The translations under genes and the position numbers were made by a program. Source: Candidatus Latescibacterota bacterium (GTDB lineage: Bacteria > Latescibacterota > UBA2968 > UBA8231). From it: 64,000 bases of DNA. The notes under the pieces are model-generated. The model was not told the DNA's origin. It made no database searches and saw only the letters and a list, made by a program, of their open reading frames with translations. The stretch lies in assembly GCA_965206595.1 (NCBI GenBank), contig OZ242214.1, positions 1,248,001-1,312,000 on the forward strand. The letters are read 5' to 3'. Below, in pieces: positions 36,700 through 46,968 of this stretch. Numbering within the stretch: the first letter of the stretch is position 1; each line of letters opens with the position of its first letter.

Positions 36700-37928
36700 G
36701 AGGAACCTCCGAGCTGCCCGAGGGCCCATTCGGCGTAGTAGGCGACGGTGGCATCGTCGTCGTCGACCAGGGAGGCGAGCTGCTCGCGAGCCTCCGGAGT
36801 AGCGATCCTGCCGAGGGCGATTACTGCGTTGTAGCGGACTTCCGAAGAGCTGTCGGAAACCGCGTCGCGAAGTTGCGGGACCGCGGCGAGAACCCGGGCC
36901 TGGCCGAGGACCTGGGCCGCCCCGGAGCGGGCGAGCTGTTCGTCGTCCGACAAGGTTGCGATCAGGCGCTCCTCGACCGCCCCGGAGCTGCGTTGCACTT
37001 CGATCAGCGATTTCACCGCGTTGACGCGCAGGATGGGATCGGTGCTGCCCATCGAGGCAAAGAGGAAATCGGTTCCGCCCTCGTCACCGAGCCGTGACAT
37101 CGAGGCCGAGGCGTTGAAGCGGACGAGGTTGCTCGGATCGTCGAGAAGCCTGGAAAGAGCGCCTATTGCCCCGGGATTGCCGACGTTGCCGAGGGCCTGC
37201 GCCGAGCGCATGCGGATGTCCGGATCGTCGGATTCCAGCTGTAGCAGCAGGCGTTCCTCCACGACGCTCAAGGAAGAGGAGATCTCCTCGCGGTACGGGC
37301 TGCCGGAGGCGAACAGCTCGACCAGAAGGGGAACCCCGAAATAGTTGGTCCGGCGCAACTCCTCGATGGCGATCTTCGCGAGCGCGGGGTCGGTCTCGGT
37401 GGCGAGGGCGGCGTGCACTACTCCGGCGCCGGAAGCTTCGTTCATCTTCACCAGGGCCATCGCCGTGTAGAGGCGGATGACCGGATCCCCTTCGGCTTCG
37501 AAGAGCGCCTTCAGGGCCGTGACCGCCGGCTGGTTGTACCCCAGTTCCCCGACCGCCCTGAGACTGGCGACCCGCTCGGCGAAGGTGTATGTCCCCGCCG
37601 CGGTCCGGGGGTGAATCTGTGCCGACGCAGCCTTGTGTTTGATGCGCCCCAACACGACCGTGGCGCCGGTTCGCGTCTGCTCGATCTCGGCGCGGAATTC
37701 CCGGTAGTCCTTGCCCTTGTATTTCGCGGGGTCGAGAAGAACCATCAGCTGGCGCGCCGCGGGGCGCCCGATGGCGACCAGCTCGTCGACCGCCTGGTTC
37801 CAGCCTTCCGAATCGATCTGGTTGGCGGCGAGAACCTCGATCTGTTCAGCGACTTCCTGCTCGGTTGTCGTGCAGCCGATCCCCAAGGCCATCGAGGCCA
37901 GGGCGAACAAAATCCGTGTCCTGATCAT
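36696..37928 (-). CDS. HEAT-repeat lipoprotein
   Basis: Lipobox GIGC; repeats such as DDPDIRMRSAQALG, DPSNLVRFNA, SSEVRYNAVIALG. Confidence 0.85.
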   Translation of the reverse strand: MIRTRILFALASMALGIGCTTTEQEVAEQIEVLAANQIDSEGWNQAVDELVAIGRPAARQLMVLLDPAKYKGKDYREFRAEIEQTRTGATVVLGRIKHKAASAQIHPRTAAGTYTFAERVASLRAVGELGYNQPAVTALKALFEAEGDPVIRLYTAMALVKMNEASGAGVVHAALATETDPALAKIAIEELRRTNYFGVPLLVELFASGSPYREEISSSLSVVEERLLLQLESDDPDIRMRSAQALGNVGNPGAIGALSRLLDDPSNLVRFNASASMSRLGDEGGTDFLFASMGSTDPILRVNAVKSLIEVQRSSGAVEERLIATLSDDEQLARSGAAQVLGQARVLAAVPQLRDAVSDSSSEVRYNAVIALGRIATPEAREQLASLVDDDDATVAYYAEWALGQLGGSS

Positions 37929-38113
37929 GGGCTCGAAATCACTCGACGTTGTCGGGCTGGAAGTGTGAAAGTAGCTTTGCGGGCAAGGGCTCAAGCACGG
38001 GAATCTGCTCTGCCACCGGCTTCCTGGCCGGCTTGATGCGGATATACAGTAAGAGGCTCCAGAATGAAGGGTCGTAATCTAAATCGCTCCCAAGGCAGGA
38101 GCAACCGGATACC

Positions 38114-38629
38114 GTGATCAGCGGCATCCACTGGCTGGACTGGACCGCCCTGGGGCTGGTCGCCCTCCTCGGCTTCCGCGGCTATCGGCAGGGGCTCATC
38201 CTCCAGTTGGCGACGTTCCTGGCCATAGGCCTCGGTCTTCTCGGCGGACTCCATCTCCAGGACGCCGCCCTGCCGCTGCTGCCGGACTTCGAAATGCCCC
38301 GGCTCCGGTTCGCGGCCAGCTTCGCCCTCGTGTTCGCCTCGATCGCCCTCAGCGTGAACGTCGTCTCCCGGCTGCTGCGCAAGGCGGTGCACGCCCTGTT
38401 CCTGGGATGGATCGACCGCCTGCTCGGAGGGGTTTTCGGAGTGCTGGTCGGGCTGCAGGTTCTGCTCGCGGCCGTGCTGCTGATCGGCCGCTACCTGCCG
38501 AAGGGGGTCGGCTGGCTGCAGGAGAGCGTGGTTGCCCCGGGGATGTTGGCCATCAGCGCCCGCCTGCTGCCGCTGCTGCCGCAACAGTTCACACGGTTTT
38601 TCGAACATCGCTTCGGCGACCTGATCTGA
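38114..38629 (+). CDS. cvpA: CvpA family membrane protein
   Basis: WLD...GYRQGLI, IDRLLGGVFG. Confidence 0.85.
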   Translation: MISGIHWLDWTALGLVALLGFRGYRQGLILQLATFLAIGLGLLGGLHLQDAALPLLPDFEMPRLRFAASFALVFASIALSVNVVSRLLRKAVHALFLGWIDRLLGGVFGVLVGLQVLLAAVLLIGRYLPKGVGWLQESVVAPGMLAISARLLPLLPQQFTRFFEHRFGDLI

Positions 38630-38637
38630 GGTCCCAG

Positions 38638-40917
38638 TTACGGGGCGACCGCGGAAAAAAGCGTATAGGCCGTAGTCCAGTGCACCTTGCGCCCGTTGAG
38701 CTGGCGCTCGAACAGGCCCCGCACCAGCCGCAACGAGGCGTTGTCGAGCTGCCGGTGCAGATAGCGCGCAAAGGTCGGGTGTTTCTCCCCGCCCGGGTTG
38801 AACCAGTGGCCGAGTTGCCGCATTGCGATCCGCCGCACTGTCGTCCGCTCTTCGGTCGCCCACTCCACCGTCTCGAACCCCGCCTCCTGCAGCAGCCGTT
38901 TCAGGTCGCCCTCCACCCAGTTGACCCGCGGGTTGTCGGGGTCGTCGTAAATCGCCTTTTCGGCGCTGACCACGCGCTCCCTCAACCCCTCTTCCAGCTC
39001 GCCGAGATCGACTAGCCGACACAGGCGCTGGGCCCGCCGCTGCACCACCTCCCACAGCCGCAGCCGGCACCCCGGCGCGGCGAGGCCGCGAAGCTGGCGG
39101 GCGATCTTCTCCTTATCCCCCGAGAAACCGGCGGCGTTGCGGCCGATGATCGCCTCGAAGCGGATGCCGGGGTCCGCGGCTTCGAGGGCAGGGCCGAGGT
39201 CCTCGATGGCGGCCTCGAGAACATGTGGACGATCCAGCTCTTCCAAGTGGGCGGCGGCCAGCTCTCGCAGACCCACCGCGGAAGGGGCGTCGATGCAGAC
39301 CGACCATACCGTTCCCTCGGGGACCCGGCGCAAAGCCTCCCAGGTCAGCAAGCCGGAGCCGGCTGCCAGGTCGAGGACCCTGTCGTGGCGCTCGAGTCCG
39401 AGGGAGTGGAAGACCGCTTCCCGAAGATGGCCGTTGAGGGCGCCGGTCTCGCCTCCGGCGCGTTCCAGCCACTGGTCGCGGGCGCTGTCCGCGGGCGAAT
39501 GGGACAGGTGTTCGGGCGCCGGCAGGTCGGGACTGCCGCTCTCCATAACCGCGGCGAGCTGTAGCTCCCGGCGCCGCACCACCGAGGTGCGGATTGCCGC
39601 TTCGTGCCCCTGGTCGGAGGGCTGGTAGAAGACGCGTCCCTGGAGATTGGCGGGCAGGTACTGCTGGGCGACCCAGTGGTCGCGGTAGGCGTGCGGGTAG
39701 AGGTAGCCCTCCCCGTGGCCGAATCCCTCGCTGTCTCGATTGGCGTCCTTGAGATGGTTGGGGACCTCGTCTTCGCGCTCCTTCTCGACCGCGGCGAGGG
39801 CGTCGAAGAAGGCCATGGAGGAGTTGCTCTTGGGAGCGGTCGCCAGGTGCAGCGCCGCCTGAGACAAGGCGAAGCGGCCTTCGGGCAGGCCTACCCGGTC
39901 GAAGGCCTCGGCCGCGGCGACGACCAGCGGCAAGGCGCCCGGGTCGGCGATGCCGACGTCCTCGCTGGCGAAGATGATCATGCGGCGAAAGAGGAATCGC
40001 GGGTCCTCCCCGGCGTAGACCATGCGGGCGAGCCAGTACAAGGTGGCGTCCGGGTCGGAACCCCGCATCGACTTGATGAAGGCGCTGATCGAGTCGAAGT
40101 GGTAGTCCCCTTCCTTGTCGTAGAGAACCGCCCGCCTCTGGATCGACTCTTCGGCGACGGCGAGATTGATGTGCACGCGGCCGTCGCTCGGGGCGGTAGT
40201 CTCGACGGCGAGCTCGAGGGCGTTGAGCAGCGCCCGGGCGTCGCCGTTGGCGACGTCGACGAGATGGGCAAGGGCGTCGTCGTCAACGGTCAGGCCCTCG
40301 AGGCCTCCGTACCCGCGGGGATCGGTCAGGGCGTTGCGCGCCACCGCGTCGAGGTCGCTCTCGGTCAGGGACTTGAGCTGGAACAGGCGGCTGCGGGAGA
40401 CCAGCGGCCTGTTGACGGCGAAGTACGGGTTTTCCGTGGTGGCCCCGATCAGGATGACGGTGCCATTCTCGACCCAGGGCAGGAGCGCGTCCTGCTGGGC
40501 CTTGTTGAAGCGGTGGACCTCGTCGATGAAGAGGATGGTGCGCTGGCCGTGCAGGTGGCGGAGGTCCTTGGCCTCGTCGATAGCCTGCCGGATGTCGGCG
40601 ACCCCTGCGAGCACGGCGTTGATGGTGATGAAATGGGAGCGCGTAGTGTTGGCGATGACATGGGCGAGGGTGGTCTTGCCGGTTCCCGGTGGGCCGTAGA
40701 AGATGAGAGAGGAGAGCTGGTCGGCCTGGATGGCGCGGCGCAGCAGCCGTCCGCGCCCGAGGATGTGCTCCTGGCCGACGAAGTCGTCGAGCGCCGCGGG
40801 GCGCAGGCGCGCCGCCAGCGGCTGTTCGTGCTCTAGCTGTTCGCGGCGTCCCGCGGCGAAGAGGTCGAGGTCGGGGGCGCTGCGTCTGGGTCGCTGTTCC
40901 GGCATGGATTCCGGCAT
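38638..40917 (-). CDS. rarA: Replication-associated recombination protein RarA/MgsA fused to a C-terminal SAM-methyltransferase-like domain
   Basis: PLAARLRP, GPPGTGKTT, DEVHRFNKAQQD, GATTENP, ISAFIKSMRGSD, ASEDVG, YLYPH; then VLDLAAGSG. The listed 1033-aa ORF is over-extended. Confidence 0.9.
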   Translation of the reverse strand: MPESMPEQRPRRSAPDLDLFAAGRREQLEHEQPLAARLRPAALDDFVGQEHILGRGRLLRRAIQADQLSSLIFYGPPGTGKTTLAHVIANTTRSHFITINAVLAGVADIRQAIDEAKDLRHLHGQRTILFIDEVHRFNKAQQDALLPWVENGTVILIGATTENPYFAVNRPLVSRSRLFQLKSLTESDLDAVARNALTDPRGYGGLEGLTVDDDALAHLVDVANGDARALLNALELAVETTAPSDGRVHINLAVAEESIQRRAVLYDKEGDYHFDSISAFIKSMRGSDPDATLYWLARMVYAGEDPRFLFRRMIIFASEDVGIADPGALPLVVAAAEAFDRVGLPEGRFALSQAALHLATAPKSNSSMAFFDALAAVEKEREDEVPNHLKDANRDSEGFGHGEGYLYPHAYRDHWVAQQYLPANLQGRVFYQPSDQGHEAAIRTSVVRRRELQLAAVMESGSPDLPAPEHLSHSPADSARDQWLERAGGETGALNGHLREAVFHSLGLERHDRVLDLAAGSGLLTWEALRRVPEGTVWSVCIDAPSAVGLRELAAAHLEELDRPHVLEAAIEDLGPALEAADPGIRFEAIIGRNAAGFSGDKEKIARQLRGLAAPGCRLRLWEVVQRRAQRLCRLVDLGELEEGLRERVVSAEKAIYDDPDNPRVNWVEGDLKRLLQEAGFETVEWATEERTTVRRIAMRQLGHWFNPGGEKHPTFARYLHRQLDNASLRLVRGLFERQLNGRKVHWTTAYTLFSAVAP

Positions 40918-40989
40918 CGGGCAAAGGCTGTACCTTACTTGGAGACGAAGGTAACGGAGCGCGAATGGCCCAACAATTCGGAAGGGATA

Positions 40990-42012
40990 ATGCTGGCCAT
41001 CGACCAGACCGGGATTGAAACGGAGGAGCAGCTGATCGGGCAGCTGACGGCACCGGCCCCCGCGGTGGTGCGGGCCGCGGCCGCTCTCGACGGGCCGGTG
41101 ATGGTACTCGGCGCCGGCGGCAAGATGGGGCCGACCCTGGCCGAGCTGCTCGTCAGGGCCGGGGCGGAAGTGATCGCCGTGTCCCGCTTTTACCAACCGG
41201 GTCTGCGGGAATATCTCGGGGGCGTCGGAGTCGGGACGATTGCCGCGGACCTGATGGAGGAGGGATCCCTGCAGTCGCTGCCCGATGCCGGGCAGGTGCT
41301 CCTGCTCGCCGGCCACAAGTTCGGCTCCACGGGGGACCCCGCGGCGACCTGGGCGGTCAACGCCGAGCTGCCGGGCGGCGTCGTCTCGCGCTATCGCGAC
41401 GCCCGCGTAATCTACCTGAGCAGCGGCAACGTGTACCCGTTCACCGAGGCCGGGGGCGGCGGCTCCAGGGAAACAGACCCGGTCGGCCCGGTCGGGGAGT
41501 ACGCGCAGTCGCGCCTGGGGGGAGAGCGCCTCGCCGAGTACGCGGCATTGAAATACGGCACCGCGCTGCTCACGGTGCGTCTCTTCTACGCGACCGAGCT
41601 GCGCTACGGCATAATCCGCGACATAGCCGAGCGCGTGCACGCCGGCGAGCCGGTCGACCTGACGACGGGGCACGTCAACCAGATCTGGCAGGGGGACGCC
41701 ATCGCCTGGCTGGCGCGCTCCTTTCCGCTCTGCTCCCACCCGCCGGAGGTCATCAACATGACCGGACCGGCGGTGCTGTCGGTGCGCGCCATCGCCGCCG
41801 CGGCGGGGGCCGAGATGGGGCGACAGCCGGTGTTCGCCGGCAGCGAAGCCGAGACCTCCCTTCTCGGCAATGCCGGCAGGCTGATCGAGCTACTGGGGCC
41901 CCCGGAGATTCCGGTGGAAACGATGATCCGGTGGACGGCCCGCTGGGTCGCCCGGGGCGGGTGCAGCCTCGGAAAGCCGACGCAATACGAAGTGCGCTCC
42001 GGGCAGTTCTGA
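40990..42012 (+). CDS. NAD-dependent epimerase/dehydratase family protein
   Basis: LGAGGKMG, SSGNVY, YAQSRLGGE. Confidence 0.85.
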   Translation: MLAIDQTGIETEEQLIGQLTAPAPAVVRAAAALDGPVMVLGAGGKMGPTLAELLVRAGAEVIAVSRFYQPGLREYLGGVGVGTIAADLMEEGSLQSLPDAGQVLLLAGHKFGSTGDPAATWAVNAELPGGVVSRYRDARVIYLSSGNVYPFTEAGGGGSRETDPVGPVGEYAQSRLGGERLAEYAALKYGTALLTVRLFYATELRYGIIRDIAERVHAGEPVDLTTGHVNQIWQGDAIAWLARSFPLCSHPPEVINMTGPAVLSVRAIAAAAGAEMGRQPVFAGSEAETSLLGNAGRLIELLGPPEIPVETMIRWTARWVARGGCSLGKPTQYEVRSGQF

Positions 42013-42035
42013 AGGGGGGCGAGGAAAGCCGCGGA

Positions 42036-43337
42036 ATGAAGGCGCACGTCCGCTACACCGAAACGCTGAGGGGAACACTGAATCCCCCGTCGTCGAAGAA
42101 CTACACGACCCGCTACCTGCTGGCCGCGGCCCTGGCCGAGGGGGAGAGCCGCGTTTATTTCCCCGCCCGCAGCGAGGATTCCGAGGCGCTTCTGAGATGC
42201 CTGCGGGCCCTGGGCGCGGGAATCGAGGAAGAGGCGGACGGCGAAGGGCGCCGGCACCTGCGCATCCGCGGATTCGGCAAGCACCCCCGCCAGGCCGGCA
42301 CCCTGAATGCCGGCAATGCCGGCGCCGTCACCCGCTTCCTGATGGCGATCGGGTCCCTGCTCCCCGAGGTCCGCTTCGAAACCGACTACGCAGGATCGCT
42401 CGGACAGCGGCCGCACGGAGACCTGCTGGCAGCGCTCGCGCAGCTCGGGGCGCGTTCGCAGTCGGACCAGGGAATGCTGCCGGTCACGATCCGCGGCGGC
42501 CGCCTGCGCGGCGGCAGGGTGCAGGTCAGCGGAGCCCTGAGCTCTCAGTTCCTGAGCGCGCTGCTGTTCCTGGCGCCGTTGATCGGCGAGGAGGTCGTGA
42601 TCGAGGTCGTCGACAAGCTGGTTTCGAAGCCCCTGGTGCGGACCACGCTGGAAGTGCTGGCGGCAGCAGGCATCGAAATCGCCGCTCGGGAGGATCTCAT
42701 GCGCTTCGAGATTCCCGGCGGGCAGCAGTACCGGCCGGGAGAGTACTCCGTGAACGGGGACTATCCCTCGGCGGCGGCGGTGCTGGCCGCCGCCGCCGTC
42801 ACCGACAGCGAGATCGCCGTCGAGCGCCTCTTCGAAGACCGGCAGGGGGAGCGCGCCATCATCGAGGTGCTGCGCGGTTTCGGGGTCGGCGTGCAGTACG
42901 ACGGCCGCACCGTGAAGACCGGGAAGCACCTGGGCCTGCGCGGAATCGAGTTCGACGGCGACACCGCCACCGACATGGTCCTGGCGCTGCTGCCGATGGC
43001 GGCTCTGGCGTCGGGTGAGACCCGCGTGTTCGGCGTCGGCAACCTGCGCCTGAAGGAGTGCGACCGCATCTCCGTCCCGGTGCGGGAGCTGCAGCGGATC
43101 GGCGTCGACTGCGAAGAGGGGGCCTCTGAGATCGTCGTCAGGGGGAACCCCGGTGGCTACGAAGGGGGATTCGAGGTAGACACCCACGAGGATCACCGCG
43201 TCGCGCAGATGCTGGCGGTGCTGGGCCTGCGCTGCCGCAGGGGGTTGACCCTCGCCGACGCCGACACCGTCGCCAAGTCCTACCCGGCCTTCTTCGACGA
43301 CCTGATCGCCCTCGGAGCCCGCATCGAACTCCGCTGA
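42036..43337 (+). CDS. aroA: 3-phosphoshikimate 1-carboxyvinyltransferase (EPSP synthase)
   Basis: PSSKNYTTR, GNAGA, RP, SSQFLSALL, LRLKECDRI, DHRVA, VAKSYP.F. Confidence 0.93.
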   Translation: MKAHVRYTETLRGTLNPPSSKNYTTRYLLAAALAEGESRVYFPARSEDSEALLRCLRALGAGIEEEADGEGRRHLRIRGFGKHPRQAGTLNAGNAGAVTRFLMAIGSLLPEVRFETDYAGSLGQRPHGDLLAALAQLGARSQSDQGMLPVTIRGGRLRGGRVQVSGALSSQFLSALLFLAPLIGEEVVIEVVDKLVSKPLVRTTLEVLAAAGIEIAAREDLMRFEIPGGQQYRPGEYSVNGDYPSAAAVLAAAAVTDSEIAVERLFEDRQGERAIIEVLRGFGVGVQYDGRTVKTGKHLGLRGIEFDGDTATDMVLALLPMAALASGETRVFGVGNLRLKECDRISVPVRELQRIGVDCEEGASEIVVRGNPGGYEGGFEVDTHEDHRVAQMLAVLGLRCRRGLTLADADTVAKSYPAFFDDLIALGARIELR

Positions 43338-43642
43338 CATGAAATTCCGGGTAAAGCGGATCCCGCCCTTCTTCCGGCGAAACGACCTCATCCGGCCCTT
43401 GTGCTGATTTCAGGCGAAAAGACTCCATTTGGCCGGGCAGATGGTACGGCACCTTCGACCGGGTGGACCACCGCGGCATACCTGAACCCGGGTGCATCCT
43501 CCTTCCTGTTCGGAAACGCTCCCGTCCCCTCGCTCTCGCCGCCTTCTGTTTCGATAGATTGCCCCCCTGCCATCCGGGTGCTGCCATCGCCCCGCCTTCG
43601 CAGCTTCAGAAAGGGATGGATTGACATGCCGACTTCCGGAAG

Positions 43643-44785
43643 GTGCGACTGGTGAAGATTACCGGAGTCCGTGTTCTCGAGGTCGAGGCCTCACGCCGCG
43701 GCAACTGGATCCTCGTCGAGGTGCGGACCGACGCCGGGTTGACGGGAATCGGCGAGGCGAGCCAGAGCGGCAACGATCGCCTCGTTAAGGAGAACCTCCT
43801 GCAGCTCGGGGAGCGGCTCGCCGGCGCCGACCCGACCCAGCCCGAGGTGATCTGGGAACGGCTGACGCGCTCGAGCGACATTTTCGCAGACGGCGCCGGA
43901 CGGGTAGCTGCGACCGCGGTGAGCGCCATCGATCAGGCGCTTTGGGATATCGCCGGGAAGGCGCTCGAGGTTCCGGTCTGGCGCCTGCTGGGGGGCAGGC
44001 GACGCGAGCGAGTGCGGCTCTACGCCAACCTCAACCGCGGTACCCGCGACCGCTCGGTCGAGGGGTTCGCGCGGGCGGCCGGGGCGGCGGTCGAGGCCGG
44101 CTTCCGCGCCGTCAAGTGCACCCCGTTCGACGAGATCAGGCACGACCGGCTCGACCGCGACGGAGTGGAGGAGGACCTCGATCTCGGCGTTGCCCGTATA
44201 GCCGCCTCCCGGGAAGCGGTCGGTCCCGGGGTCGATCTGCTCGTTGACTGCCACTGCCGTTTCAACCTCGCGCTGGCGCGCAAGGTCGCCGAAAAGGTGC
44301 GCGCTCTCGACCTCTACTGGTTCGAGGAACCGCTGCCGCGAGACCAGGTCGGGGAGATGCGCTCGCTGCGCGAGTCCTCCGGGCTGACCCTCGCCGGAGG
44401 GGAGGGGTTCTTCGGGCGCGAGGGGTTCTGGGAATACGTCAGTCAGGGAGCGGTCGACGTCATCATGCCGGACGTCAAGCATGCCGGCGGCATCAGCGAG
44501 TGCCGGCGCATCGCCGCCCTGGCGGAGACGCGGAACATTCCGGTGGCTCCGCACAGTCCGGCCGGACCGGTGTCGACGATCGCCGGGGTCCACCTGGCCG
44601 CGTCGATCCGGAACTTCCTGATCCTGGAGTACGCCTTCGGCGAGGTGCCGTGGCGCGAGCAGCTGATTGCGCCTCCGGAGCGCATCGAAGGCGGTTTCAT
44701 GCGTCTGCCGGAGGGCCCGGGATTTGGGGTGGAGCTCGATCAGGAGACCGTCCGGGCACACTTGGCATGGGAGGGGTTCTCGTGA
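43643..44785 (+). CDS. Mandelate racemase / galactonate dehydratase-like enolase-superfamily enzyme
   Basis: TDAGLTGIGE, SAIDQALWDIAGK, VDCH, WFEEP, GE, PD..HAGGI, APHS. Confidence 0.88.
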   Translation: MRLVKITGVRVLEVEASRRGNWILVEVRTDAGLTGIGEASQSGNDRLVKENLLQLGERLAGADPTQPEVIWERLTRSSDIFADGAGRVAATAVSAIDQALWDIAGKALEVPVWRLLGGRRRERVRLYANLNRGTRDRSVEGFARAAGAAVEAGFRAVKCTPFDEIRHDRLDRDGVEEDLDLGVARIAASREAVGPGVDLLVDCHCRFNLALARKVAEKVRALDLYWFEEPLPRDQVGEMRSLRESSGLTLAGGEGFFGREGFWEYVSQGAVDVIMPDVKHAGGISECRRIAALAETRNIPVAPHSPAGPVSTIAGVHLAASIRNFLILEYAFGEVPWREQLIAPPERIEGGFMRLPEGPGFGVELDQETVRAHLAWEGFS

Positions 44786-46956
44786 AAAAATCTGCTATTC
44801 CCGTTGCCGCAGTAGCCGTACTGGCGGGCTTGTTTTCCGCCGCCGAGGGGATCGAACCCGACCGCCACCCGGTGCGGGCGGAGCTGGTCGCCAGCCGCGC
44901 ATCGGTACGGGCGGGGGAGCCGTTCGAGCTCGGGGTGAGACTCGAGATCGACGAGGGGTGGCACACCTACTGGCGCTACGCCGGCTCCGCGGGAGCGCCG
45001 AGCCGTGTCGACTGGAGGCTGCCGCCGGGACTGCAGGCGGGGGAACTGCGCTGGGAGGTGCCGCAGAAATACGACGAGCAGGGCCTGGTCGTGTACGGGT
45101 ACGCCGGCGAGACCATGCTCAGCGCCGAGGTCAGCGGGGTACCGCAGGCCGCGGATTCCCTCGCCATCGCCGCCGAGGTAGGCTGGCTGGTCTGCCGCGA
45201 GCTTTGCATCCCCGGCGACACCCTGCTGACTCTGATGCTGCCGCTTGCCGGTGCCGGGTCAGCCGCCAACGAGGATCTCTTCGAACGGCACCGCCAGCTC
45301 TTTCCCTTGCCCTGGGAGGGCCCGGCCGAGCCGGTGCGCCTGCAGCACCGGGTCGAAGACGGGCCGGAGGGCGGGGAAACGGTGGCCCTGACCATCACCC
45401 CGCAGGGAGGGGATGTCGCAGTCGACGGCGCCACCCCGGACTTCTACCCGATCGAAGGGGAGGGTTTCTGGCTCGATCCCCCTTCGCGCCGCCTCGATTC
45501 CACCACTTCCCAGGTGCATCTGCGGCTGAACCTGTACCTCGAGGGAGAGGAAAGGCCTGGCGAGTTGATGGGAGTGGTGGTGTACGAGAGGCCCGGGGAT
45601 CGGCGCCCCTCATACAAGACCGTCACTCTCGATCTCGCGGCCGGCCGCCGAACCGGCCTGTCGGCACTGGAGTTCACCGGCGCCCAGCCTTCCGCGGCGG
45701 ACTCTCTTCCTGCGTACCTGTTCTTCGCCCTGATCGGCGGGCTGATCCTCAACCTGATGCCCTGCGTCTTTCCGGTGATCTCGCTGAAGGTGCTGGGGTT
45801 CGTGTCGCAGGCCGGCGAGTCGCGCGCCCGCGCCCGGCAGCTCGGGCTGGCGTTCTCGGCAGGAGTGGTGGCGACCTTCCTCGGTCTCGCCGCCGCGGTC
45901 CTGCTGCTGAAGTCGGGTGGGGACCAGATCGGCTGGGGATTCCAGTTCCAGTCGCCGGCGTTCGTCATCTTCCTCTGCGCCCTGGTGTTCCTGTTGAGCC
46001 TGAGCCTGTTCGGCCTGATAACCGTGCGCATCGCCGTAGGGCAGGGGAATCTCGGGGGACTCGCAGACGGGGAGGGGCTCGCCGGCAACTTTTTCAACGG
46101 CGTCCTCGCGACGATCCTGGCGACCCCCTGCACCGCCCCCTTTCTGGGCACTGCCCTCGGGTTTGCCTTCAGCCAGAGCGCCGGGGTCACCGTGGGGATC
46201 TTCCTGGTGACCGGACTGGGAATGGCGCTTCCGTACGTCCTGCTCGCGGTGGAGCCGGGCTGGCTCCGCTTCCTGCCGCGGCCCGGTCCCTGGATGGAGC
46301 GCTTCAAGCAGCTGATGGGGTTCCTGCTGGCGGCCACGGCGCTGTGGCTGCTGTGGGTGCTCGGCAAGCAGCTCGGCGTTGAAGCGGTGATATGGACCGC
46401 CGCCTTCCTGCTGGCCCTGGCGATGGCGGCGTGGATCCCGGGGCAGTGGATCGACCTGCGCAGCTCGGGGAGGCAGCGGGCCGGCGCCTGGGTGGCTGCA
46501 GCGGCCGTAATCCTGGCCTCCTACGCGGTTTTTCTGCACCCCCTGCTGGCCGCGGAACGGCAGCTTACCGAGGCGTCCGCCACGGAGTCGGCCGGGTGGC
46601 TCGATTTTTCGCAAAACGAGGTGGAAGCCCAGGTAGCCGCGGGCCGCCACGTCTTCATCGATTTCACCGCGGAGTGGTGCTGGACCTGCAAGGTCAACAA
46701 ACGGGCGGTGCTCGACACCGAGGAGGTGCGCGACCGGTTCTCGCGGCTGGACGTCGCCCTCGTGCGCGCCGACTGGACGAACCGCAATCCGGAGATCGCC
46801 GGCCTGTTGAGGGCCTTCGGGCGCTCGGGAGTCCCGCTCTACGTGATTTTCCCCGGCGGCCGCATCGATGCCCCCCTGGTACTGCCCGAGGTGATTACCA
46901 CCGGAATCCTCTTCGATGCCCTTGAGGAGGCGGAAAAAAGGCGTACACAGGGCTGA
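44782..46956 (+). CDS. DsbD/DipZ-like thiol:disulfide interchange protein
   Basis: GWHTYW, WLVCRELCIPG, LNLMPCVFP, ATPCTAP, DFTAEWCWTC. GTG start overlapping the upstream stop. Confidence 0.9.
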   Translation: MKKSAIPVAAVAVLAGLFSAAEGIEPDRHPVRAELVASRASVRAGEPFELGVRLEIDEGWHTYWRYAGSAGAPSRVDWRLPPGLQAGELRWEVPQKYDEQGLVVYGYAGETMLSAEVSGVPQAADSLAIAAEVGWLVCRELCIPGDTLLTLMLPLAGAGSAANEDLFERHRQLFPLPWEGPAEPVRLQHRVEDGPEGGETVALTITPQGGDVAVDGATPDFYPIEGEGFWLDPPSRRLDSTTSQVHLRLNLYLEGEERPGELMGVVVYERPGDRRPSYKTVTLDLAAGRRTGLSALEFTGAQPSAADSLPAYLFFALIGGLILNLMPCVFPVISLKVLGFVSQAGESRARARQLGLAFSAGVVATFLGLAAAVLLLKSGGDQIGWGFQFQSPAFVIFLCALVFLLSLSLFGLITVRIAVGQGNLGGLADGEGLAGNFFNGVLATILATPCTAPFLGTALGFAFSQSAGVTVGIFLVTGLGMALPYVLLAVEPGWLRFLPRPGPWMERFKQLMGFLLAATALWLLWVLGKQLGVEAVIWTAAFLLALAMAAWIPGQWIDLRSSGRQRAGAWVAAAAVILASYAVFLHPLLAAERQLTEASATESAGWLDFSQNEVEAQVAAGRHVFIDFTAEWCWTCKVNKRAVLDTEEVRDRFSRLDVALVRADWTNRNPEIAGLLRAFGRSGVPLYVIFPGGRIDAPLVLPEVITTGILFDALEEAEKRRTQG

Positions 46957-46968
46957 GCCGGAAAGCTG

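Noticed and set aside
38638-41739. 1033-aa version of RarA
   Set aside because: The N-terminal ~270 aa is antisense to the epimerase gene; homology starts near 40917.
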